Shown here: positions 1-7,512 of the stretch, piece after piece
Layout of the letters: every line of letters begins with the position of its first letter
Numbering within the stretch: position 1 is the first letter of the stretch
Virus record (IMG/VR): IMGVR_UViG_2778261637_000004
Reading direction: 5' to 3' (one strand)
Source: a virus
Taxonomy: Duplodnaviria > Heunggongvirae > Uroviricota > Caudoviricetes
DNA: 20,133 bases
Program-made: the position numbers and the translations under genes
Notes under the pieces: generated by a model
Told to the model about the DNA's origin: nothing
Database searches by the model: none
The model's input: only the letters and a program-made list of their open reading frames with translations

Positions 1-837
1 CTATTTCTTCTCTGTAATTTTTACACTGTTTTCCAACTGCTTGATGCTGACCTGCGGGGTCGGCAACTCCTCAGGCATGGTTCCGCCAAGTTCCTGAATG
101 GTTTGCCTCACCTTGCGACCCACGTCAAAGTGTGTGGTGTTAGCTTGCTGTTTTGAATTCACGCCATCCCGCTTGAGTTTTTCTTCTGTTTGGGTAGCTC
201 GAAAGAGATTAGCCGCCAGTTCTGTTGAACCCATATGATCCAGGATCTTCTGACTCTTTTTCAGCCCCTTCCGCTGATGGATGGCTTTCTGATCTAATCC
301 ACCATACAGTCCCCGGTAACCATGATTCTGAAATATGGCGAAATCGATAGCTGTCGCTACCCCAGCTTGCTGCGCTGCCTCAACTAATTGTTTGTTATGT
401 TCTTTCAACTCATTTCTCAGAAAAAGACGCTTTTCGTCTTCACGAAGTTGCCTGAAAGCTTCATCGTCAGCCAGCTCCTGCCGTCGGGTCTGGATAGCAA
501 AATAAGTTTGCCCTGCCGCAATAACCGGTTTCGCAGGGTCGCCGTTTTGTACTACCAGGTAACAGGCATAGCGGGAGAGTACGATGTCTTTTAATGCTCT
601 TTTGGCATTTGAGCCAATTTTGACCATATCGAGGATCTCCTCGAAATGGTCATCAATTGTGTGACCACTATTCAGACAAGCTTCTTTGGCGCGCGTTAAT
701 ACAGGTATAAAGTGACGATACTCTGAATAACCCAGTAGTTTTCCAAGTTGTCTTGCTGACCATTGTTCTGCTCCGTTTGCATTAATCAGCTTTATCTCTT
801 CAAAAGGTTGATGATGTTCGTTCATTGCCCACTCCAT
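1..837 (-). CDS. dinD: DNA damage-inducible protein D (Bro-N domain family)
   Basis: 278-aa ORF with stop codon at 1-3. The protein (MNEHHQPFEEIKLINANGAEQWSARQLGKLLGYSEY...) is recognised from memory as E. coli DinD. A consensus LexA box sits 35-50 bp upstream. The true start is probably the ATG at 825 (MNEHH) rather than 837. Confidence 0.8.
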   Translation of the reverse strand: MEWAMNEHHQPFEEIKLINANGAEQWSARQLGKLLGYSEYRHFIPVLTRAKEACLNSGHTIDDHFEEILDMVKIGSNAKRALKDIVLSRYACYLVVQNGDPAKPVIAAGQTYFAIQTRRQELADDEAFRQLREDEKRLFLRNELKEHNKQLVEAAQQAGVATAIDFAIFQNHGYRGLYGGLDQKAIHQRKGLKKSQKILDHMGSTELAANLFRATQTEEKLKRDGVNSKQQANTTHFDVGRKVRQTIQELGGTMPEELPTPQVSIKQLENSVKITEKK

Positions 838-870
838 GTGATATCGATTGCAAGGAAAGTAAGTTTACAA

Positions 871-886
871 CTGTGTTTATATACAG
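871..886. promoter_or_regulatory. LexA operator (SOS box) in the dinD promoter
   Basis: CTGTGTTTATATACAG matches CTGT-N8-ACAG with an AT-rich spacer, directly upstream of the dinD start. Confidence 0.65.
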
Positions 887-1533
887 TTGTGAGTATCTCA
901 CGTTCTCACTGCGCTGGGCAAAAAAACATCGCAAAATCTGGAGCAGGCACGCAAAACAGAATTGAATGTTGCGGGGAGGAAAAATGCCGCTCTGTTTGAG
1001 TGGGCGGCATTTGTGAAGGCTGAAAAGGAAGAATTGGCGTTACGAGTTATTCTGTTGAATCTGTTTGTAGAGTATTGGCCTCAGTTCCGCATTGTAGCTG
1101 ATTTTTTTCTAATGCGTTTTTTGATTATGTACACCCTTATGTACACGTTTTTTTAAAGCGTTCAGCAATTACGCTGGTGGATGATCACGGATAACCTGAC
1201 ATCTACAGCCGCCTTAAAAAGCTGAACCCGACAAGCATTACTGCGTATCGGGTTCGTTCGCTCTTTCTACTCGTGGCAGATGAGTTTACGGTGTGATTTT
1301 ATCGGGCGAGGGTATTGTATCAGGCATCCCCTTTTCTATGCAGATTTGCATAGTTCCGAATGGTGGCGTTATGGAAGCCTCCCATATCAGCATCATGCCC
1401 ACCAGCGTGAAGTATTTTTTATTTCGCGGGTGTAAAAATTTGACGAGGCGGGCGGTCCCATAAGCAATGGGTTGTAGGGATTTCGATCCCCCCTCCTGAA
1501 TGCAATTTTTCGTATATATATATACAAAACAGT

Positions 1534-1688
1534 GCGGGTTATGCGGGTTACCGGGTTATCTTAGCGTGCTAACTATTTTTTATTCTTTAGTATCAATATG
1601 TTGTAAAATGCACTGTTCATTATTCAAGCATCGCATAACCCGCAAAACATCCCAAATAACCCGCAAACGCCCCAAAATAACCCGCAAA
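1534..1688. repeat. Iteron cluster A: three tandem GCGGGTTAY 9-mers, a ~75 bp AT-rich spacer, then three ATAACCCGCAAA copies at 20-22 bp spacing; putative origin or cis-replication region
   Basis: Tandem copies at 1534-1542, 1543-1551 and 1552-1559 (degenerate). AT-rich spacer 1561-1630. Inverted copies at 1635-1646, 1655-1666 and 1677-1688. No ORF covers the region. Confidence 0.6.
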
Positions 1689-2351
1689 CACATTGCTGAA
1701 AGCAGGGGTGGATAGTTCCACTGGTGCCACAGAACGGCTGAATACGGTAACTGTTGCTGGTGGTCTGTCCTGTTGTCGTTCCAGTCTCATCAAATTGAGA
1801 GGCAAGACAAAGTGCATTTTTGCACTATAGCCAAAGCCTCATAAAACATAGTTACCCCCACAGGTTGGCAAACCATTACCCAACGCAATTAAGTGCGTCA
1901 GAATCGATTACAGCGCGTTCCTGTGGCACGTTGTTGCCGTTCTCAACAGTGAAAGGAGAGCGTAAAAAGCGCATATCTATTACTGTTGAGGGGTGTAGCG
2001 GCATATATCGCGCATATCCACGCCGTTAATCCCGATACCGTCACTGCGCATTGAGATCAACCAGAAGATTAAGATAGTTTTACCTGAAATTATCCAAATA
2101 ATTGTTTTAACTGATTAATTTTTCGAATATCTATTGTTAGGGAATAAATCATCAGATACACCATAAAACGACATCTTTCAGGGTGTAGAAGATGCAAAGC
2201 CGGTACTGAAGAAAAGACAAAGAATATGAATGGCTGGACACACGATGGAAGGATTGTCCATTGAAGGATCAATCCCCATGGTATAAGTATTAATAAAACC
2301 GCGCAGCGGGCTTTTTTATCTGCGGTTTCCCGCCCGGGCGGCGGTGGCATT

Positions 2352-2379
2352 CGTTAAAAACAAGGCCGCGAAAGCGGCC
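2352..2379 (-). terminator. Rho-independent terminator closing the cargo operon
   Basis: GGCCGC-GAAA-GCGGCC hairpin (2364-2379) followed on the minus strand by TTGTTTTT, 10 nt after the stop of the 104-aa gene. Confidence 0.6.
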
Positions 2380-2388
2380 TGTGACATG

Positions 2389-2703
2389 TCACGATAGTTC
2401 CGTTTTGTTGAATTCAATTATATCAAGGTCAGAACTTTCGTAATCCTTACCGAATAAAGCAAAACATATCGCGTCAAGTTCTCTCTTATGTTTGGACGCC
2501 CGATCATAATTACCACCCCAACAGCAAATGAATCCACCAAGTACTGCTGATTCAAAAAGTAATGATGCTGCATCAATATGTCTGAACCAGGAGTCTATAA
2601 GTAAAGCAGAGAGTGATATTAATGTTCCCCACCCGCCAATCCTTCTCCATTTCTCAGCTTCATATTTAAGAGAAGCAATATATTCAATTTTATCTCTCGT
2701 CAT
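2389..2703 (-). CDS. Small predicted membrane protein (104 aa, two hydrophobic segments), AT-rich; last gene of the cargo operon
   Basis: Its ATG overlaps the stop of the upstream 925-aa gene (TGATG), indicating translational coupling. Hydrophobic stretches IGGWGTLISLSALLIDSWF and ASLLFESAVLGGFICCWGG. About 38% GC against a GC-rich neighbourhood. Confidence 0.6.
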   Translation of the reverse strand: MTRDKIEYIASLKYEAEKWRRIGGWGTLISLSALLIDSWFRHIDAASLLFESAVLGGFICCWGGNYDRASKHKRELDAICFALFGKDYESSDLDIIEFNKTELS

Positions 2704-5480
2704 CAGTTCCCCACCGCCTTTCCAAAATCCGGTGCTCTACGTGGCGCAATAGCACCCGGTTCCCACCAACTCGTTATGTCGAACTCCCGTTGCGCGCGGT
2801 CCCTTACTCGATCATTGTAACCAGGGTTTGCCATCTCCTGAAGTTGTTGCAATATCAGGTGATTGGTTATCGCTTTCGCATACCACAGGTTTGCGAATGG
2901 AGTGATCATGCGGGCTGTTTTCAGTGCATCGGCACCGAATGATGTTTCTTCACCCTGTAGAGCCTTCTGTGGGTTAGTAATCAGTAATTTTGTTAACTGC
3001 TCTGCAAAGCTCAACACAGGGCCACCCATAGTGGCACCGATGCTGGAGCCATATTGCGTATGGTCCTGGAAAATAAAATCACCGTAGATACCGAACGAAC
3101 CACCTTTCAGTAGAGCCTGAACCCATGTGGTTGGTTTTGTCATATCCAGCGGGTCATTACCATTTAACAAACTGTTCATCTGGATCGCAAACATACCAGC
3201 AAGAGTTGTTCCCCCGATATATGAGGCCAGAAATTTAATGGCCGGAACGGTGTCCAAATCCCGTGTTCTGTTAACAAGTTGCCGAAATCCAGCAAATGGG
3301 GTTGTTTTGAAGAGCATGAAGCTCTTCATTAACTCGCCAGCATCATCACGGGCATATGTATCAATACCCGTAGCGGTGGTCACAGCATTGGTCATCTCAC
3401 CGTGCGTAATTCCCAGCAATTTCTGGGCTGCTTCAGCGCGTGCATTACGAATCATGCGCGTGATGGTCTGCTCAGCCTCAGCGTCGAATGCTTCTTTCAT
3501 CCGTTTCAGGCGTTCTGGAGGGAGATCTCCAAGGGCTGCCAGTGCCTTTTCACTCCCGGCACGAATCCGGGCAATACGGTCTGCCATAATGTCGGCGATT
3601 ACGTTATCGGGCACAGCGTAAATCGCGTCTGGCGTCATCCCCATATGCCCGGCAGTAGTCATCGGCCTGAGTTCTGCCGCTGCCATGATGGCCCAGTCCT
3701 CATTGCTCCATCCCTTGTTAGCCAGAATGGTTTTATCGGTTCCTTTTATATCGTCCAGCGTCTTAAATTTTCTGGTCAGCTCGCCAATATTTTTGTACAT
3801 CAGGAGACCAAACGACGCTTTGTTTGCGCGGTCCATAGCGATCAGCCCGGACCACTTCAGTGTCTTCTCTGCGAACCAGCCAGTTATGCCGCGAGACAAG
3901 TCAAACCCGCCCATTTTCGAAACCACAGCAGCATGTGAATCCACCAGCAGACCGAGTTCAGCATTCGCCTTTTTGGCATCTCCACTAAACAGGTTTTTGA
4001 TAGTGTTAACGGAAAGCCGCATTCCACCACGGGTAAAGCCCAGCGCCTGCGCATTTGCCCGCATAATTGCCTGGTCGCTGGTTGCTGTCAGTACGCTGGT
4101 GCCAAGCATGGCGCTGGTCATCAGGTTACGCAGACCACCAACTGCTGAAGAGAACACACTCGATGAAGCGACACCATTTAGGCCAGCCATTGAGTTGAAC
4201 ATACGGGCAACTAATTTGGCCTCATCCTCCATTTCTTTTTTGCGTTTCCCGCCTGTTACTGCGCGCTTATAGATGCGATCCAGTACCAGGGAAAAGTTTC
4301 TTTCGGCGTCCGGACCAAAGGCTTTAACGACGCCCAAATCCCTGGATGATGATTGCAGGTGCGACATCATCACCCCCACCAGCGGCTGCTGAGTGTATCG
4401 CTCCATATAGGCGAAGTGTGACTGCGCATCCTTGAACGCCATCACCCTGTGCTGAGAACCACGGCTCTTTATTCCTCCGGCTCCCATAAATGTACCAGGC
4501 TCAATTTTGTTTGCCCCATCAGTGGCCTTCGTTTCAAAGATCGCTTCCAGTGCCTGACGGTACTCGACGTCATTCATAATGCTGCCGTCAGGATTAACGT
4601 AATTGCTGCGATCCTGCGTGTTGTAAGCGTCATCAACCCATTTCTGGCGGGCAAACTCAATCGGTGGCTGGCGACCTGAAAGACGTGCTGTAGCTTGCTC
4701 TGCCACTGGTAACGATGCCAGCCATTCTTCGCGCCCGGCATTGCGAATAAGGTCAGCATCATCCACATATGGCGTATGCCAGTCTTCTCGCAGGCCTATG
4801 TCAAAGCCGTTGTCGTTCATCTCATGACGAACACGGCCTGTTACATCCTTCCAAATCTGTGCAATTTTCTTCGCCAGGGGATTACCGGTATCTTCGCCAT
4901 AAATTTCTTTCAGGATCTGGAGTTGTGCAGACTTTGCCGCCTGCCTGTCGAATACACTCCGAAACCGCTGCTCTCCAAGCGCCCTGCTCTGCTCGAAGAA
5001 TTTGCGGACGTCATCACCTGCTTTTAGAAGTTCAGCACTGAGCTGACGGGACCAGTCCTGATATGCCCCAATTGCAAGCTCTTCAGCAGAAGTAACGGAG
5101 ATATCAGCTTTGTCTCTCGATCGTCGGCCAGCAAAAATAAACTGCTGCAAATTAACAGGTGTCTGCTGATCAGGCGGGATGTTAGCATCGAGAGTGTCAG
5201 TAATTTTACTGATGGCGATCGCATTCTGGGCAACACGCTGTCTTTTCTTGTACACATCATGAACCACACGCTGGCGTACCAGTTCTGCTGCATCCATGTA
5301 TGTTTGAGCATCAGGAATACCACTTTTGCCTTCTTTTGCATTCTTTCTGTGCACATGCTGCACAGCTTCTTTGATACGATCTTCAATATTTTTCAGCTCA
5401 TCAGCCTTTGGCTGGCGACCAAGTGTCTGCGCAATAGCTTCAACACATGCCTGTTTCATTATGGGTTCCTCAAGAAGCAC
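2703..5480 (-). CDS. Large hypothetical protein (~918-925 aa), Gly/Ala/Ser/Thr-rich with hydrophobic glycine-rich segments; cargo operon gene 3
   Basis: Long uninterrupted ORF. The track start is a GTG at 5480; the more likely start is the ATG at 5459 (MKQACVEAIAQ) preceded by GAGGAA. No Walker A or other recognisable catalytic motif. Segments such as GTSVLTATSDQAIMRANAQALGFTRGGM and GGTTLAGMFAIQMNSLLNG resemble phage structural or ejection-protein composition. Confidence 0.85.
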   Translation of the reverse strand: MLLEEPIMKQACVEAIAQTLGRQPKADELKNIEDRIKEAVQHVHRKNAKEGKSGIPDAQTYMDAAELVRQRVVHDVYKKRQRVAQNAIAISKITDTLDANIPPDQQTPVNLQQFIFAGRRSRDKADISVTSAEELAIGAYQDWSRQLSAELLKAGDDVRKFFEQSRALGEQRFRSVFDRQAAKSAQLQILKEIYGEDTGNPLAKKIAQIWKDVTGRVRHEMNDNGFDIGLREDWHTPYVDDADLIRNAGREEWLASLPVAEQATARLSGRQPPIEFARQKWVDDAYNTQDRSNYVNPDGSIMNDVEYRQALEAIFETKATDGANKIEPGTFMGAGGIKSRGSQHRVMAFKDAQSHFAYMERYTQQPLVGVMMSHLQSSSRDLGVVKAFGPDAERNFSLVLDRIYKRAVTGGKRKKEMEDEAKLVARMFNSMAGLNGVASSSVFSSAVGGLRNLMTSAMLGTSVLTATSDQAIMRANAQALGFTRGGMRLSVNTIKNLFSGDAKKANAELGLLVDSHAAVVSKMGGFDLSRGITGWFAEKTLKWSGLIAMDRANKASFGLLMYKNIGELTRKFKTLDDIKGTDKTILANKGWSNEDWAIMAAAELRPMTTAGHMGMTPDAIYAVPDNVIADIMADRIARIRAGSEKALAALGDLPPERLKRMKEAFDAEAEQTITRMIRNARAEAAQKLLGITHGEMTNAVTTATGIDTYARDDAGELMKSFMLFKTTPFAGFRQLVNRTRDLDTVPAIKFLASYIGGTTLAGMFAIQMNSLLNGNDPLDMTKPTTWVQALLKGGSFGIYGDFIFQDHTQYGSSIGATMGGPVLSFAEQLTKLLITNPQKALQGEETSFGADALKTARMITPFANLWYAKAITNHLILQQLQEMANPGYNDRVRDRAQREFDITSWWEPGAIAPRRAPDFGKAVGN

Positions 5481-5487
5481 GCTGCCG

Positions 5488-7512
5488 CTACAGAATAAAC
5501 CTTCGATTCGTTCTGGACTGTCTTAATCTGTTCATCCAACTCAGCCAGGAGATCAGAAAGTTTTGTCGGGTTTCCGGGTGAGCTATAGTCAGCTCAGGAT
5601 TGGCAACAGCCATGTCCCTGGCAGCCATAAGGTCATAGCTGTTGGATGAGAGAACCTGCCCTGTATCTGGATCAACGCTGACGTCCCCTCTGTGTTCACC
5701 AGCCGATGAGAAAGCACTTTCAGCACGAGGGACAGGCGATTCACTAATTGGCTCTGATGATGTTTCATATCTGACACCATTTTCTTCAAAAACCTTTTGT
5801 ATTTCATGGTATTGCTCTTGGTAAGTATCAGATGTATCTGATCGCAATGGACCATCAAGCCCTCGCGCCATCCCCCCAACATTTACAGGCTGACCATCAT
5901 TAAGTTGCCTGTATGCTTCATCCATGGCGTCAACATGGCTGTTGATGCTCTCATTGCTGGTGTGAAGCACTGGTGACGATTCAATATCGTAATGAAGCCC
6001 CTCATTCAAAATGTGGGCTGCATCAATATCGCTTGGTTTTATTCTTTCCCTCGCCCGGATACCAAAAACTTTTTCTACTGCGGCTTCCAGTTTCATATTG
6101 CGAAGACGCATACTTACGAGTAACCGTAACTGCTCAGGTGTAACGGTTCCAACCTGAATACCACTGTATCTGAATATATAGGCTTTAAAACCTGAAATAA
6201 TTTTTTCCCATGACGAAACGCTTGTCTTTAGAGATGGATTTACTGCATGTGCGGCAACTTCTTCAGCGTATAACCACTCAGGATATGTTTCAGGGTACTC
6301 ACCCCTTTTCTTATATTCATAATATTGTGACATCCCATATGCAAATTCAGGATAGTCAGAATGCTTGTTTGCAGATTTAAGTACAGCATTAGCTAGCTTT
6401 CTGGCCTTCCAGTCAGGGTAATGGCGCTGCTCAAGATGAAGCGCCTCATGATGAAGGGTTTCTAACAGTTCTTCATGGTCTTTTAATCCATTAATATTTA
6501 TTCTTATTATTGGTTCTTTTCCAGAAGCTACTGTCACATGACCTTTATTCAGAAGTATTTCTCCATCACTATTTTTTATTGCTGGTTCATTAATAAGTTC
6601 TATTACTCCTGAATCAGATAAATCACGAACCATTGACTCAATGTTACCATCAGGAGATTGCTGATAATGTTCACCAAAAGTTGATTTTATTTCTTCTGCA
6701 GAAATGTTCGACTCTGTACCATCATGGTTATTATGGGTAGTCAGGTGATGAACGCCACCAAAGACCCCGCCTAAAACGGCATCGACTAACATCGCCTGAC
6801 CGTCAAATACCCGGTACTGTTTTGCCATCTCCGTGTAGCCTTTTTCCTCCAGTGTTGCACCGACAGAGTAACGGTTCAGTCCACCGAATCCGGTGTTGAT
6901 TGCCACACCTGAGGCAATGCGCGTTGCCAGTGTGGTGCCGACGGCAGCGGGTAAGGCCATACCCACAGCATTGAAAAGGCTCTGCTGCGTTGCCAGGTTA
7001 CGCGCCGTAGCCTCATCTACTCCCTTCCCTTTAAAATCCTGATAGGACTGCTCATACGTAGAACCGAAGGCTGTAGCAGCGCCGATGAGTGGGCCGCCAA
7101 ACATAGTTGTTCCGATTGCAGGAACAAATTTACCAAGCTCATTTAATACCTCAGCCGCCATTCCCTGGCTGCCTGCATCAGGCTTCACATAGCTGCGGGC
7201 ATCCTGTAACTGTTTTCCGATCGTGTCGTATGTATCATTCAGTGTTTTGTCAGCATCAGGGAACATCTCCCGAAAAATATTAACAGTCGGTGCCACGTCT
7301 GCGGTAAATGCCGGATCGCTAATCAGGCGCTTGCTGAATCCGACGGCAGACTGCGCGAGACCGAGAGCCCCCTCCGCTACGCCGCTCAAAAGTGCAGTAC
7401 CTGAACCCTGGAAGGGAGTCGGATCGTAGTCTTCTGGCCTTGCTGGGTTGGCAACTGTTTTGTCGTCAATCCATGCCTGACCTTCTGGAGCCAAAGAAAA
7501 AACATCAGACAT
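5488..7512 (-). CDS. Large hypothetical protein (674 aa) with an embedded AT-rich segment carrying an HExxH(x4)H zincin-like motif; cargo operon gene 2
   Basis: Its ATG overlaps the stop of the 843-aa gene (TAATG). HEALHLEQRH occupies residues 355-364 (nt ~6421-6450). Roughly nt 6170-6760 are 27-35% GC, against about 55-60% in the flanking parts of the same gene. Confidence 0.85.
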   Translation of the reverse strand: MSDVFSLAPEGQAWIDDKTVANPARPEDYDPTPFQGSGTALLSGVAEGALGLAQSAVGFSKRLISDPAFTADVAPTVNIFREMFPDADKTLNDTYDTIGKQLQDARSYVKPDAGSQGMAAEVLNELGKFVPAIGTTMFGGPLIGAATAFGSTYEQSYQDFKGKGVDEATARNLATQQSLFNAVGMALPAAVGTTLATRIASGVAINTGFGGLNRYSVGATLEEKGYTEMAKQYRVFDGQAMLVDAVLGGVFGGVHHLTTHNNHDGTESNISAEEIKSTFGEHYQQSPDGNIESMVRDLSDSGVIELINEPAIKNSDGEILLNKGHVTVASGKEPIIRININGLKDHEELLETLHHEALHLEQRHYPDWKARKLANAVLKSANKHSDYPEFAYGMSQYYEYKKRGEYPETYPEWLYAEEVAAHAVNPSLKTSVSSWEKIISGFKAYIFRYSGIQVGTVTPEQLRLLVSMRLRNMKLEAAVEKVFGIRARERIKPSDIDAAHILNEGLHYDIESSPVLHTSNESINSHVDAMDEAYRQLNDGQPVNVGGMARGLDGPLRSDTSDTYQEQYHEIQKVFEENGVRYETSSEPISESPVPRAESAFSSAGEHRGDVSVDPDTGQVLSSNSYDLMAARDMAVANPELTIAHPETRQNFLISWLSWMNRLRQSRTNRRFIL

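Noticed and set aside
962-1156. 64-aa plus-strand ORF upstream of dinD
   Set aside because: It starts at a TTG with no convincing Shine-Dalgarno, and the translation is Phe/Leu-rich because the DNA is AT-rich. More likely promoter or terminator DNA.
1440-1500. tRNA-like 3-prime fragment (GGGATTTCGATCCCCC), considered as an att-site remnant
   Set aside because: The putative T-stem pairs only 3 of 5 positions in either register, the loop does not fit TTCRANY cleanly, and no acceptor stem or CCA end follows.
1534-1688. Possibility that the repeated 9-mers are a CRISPR array
   Set aside because: The repeats are only 9-12 bp long, partly abutting and partly at ~21 bp spacing, in both orientations around an AT-rich core, with no cas genes. 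That is iteron architecture, not CRISPR.
2295-2320. Plus-strand hairpin CCGC-GCA-GCGG followed by TTTTTT
   Set aside because: A 4-bp stem is too weak for a confident terminator call, and there is no plus-strand gene upstream for it to terminate.
2090-2350. 86-aa minus-strand ORF beginning MPPPPGRE
   Set aside because: It spans a terminator-like hairpin and palindrome and has no ribosome-binding site; it lies downstream of the operon terminator.
2863-5041. Multiple plus-strand ORFs (74-195 aa) antisense to the 925-aa gene
   Set aside because: They are shadow ORFs inside a long, well-supported coding region on the opposite strand, with no ribosome-binding sites and Ser/Pro/Arg-rich low-complexity translations.
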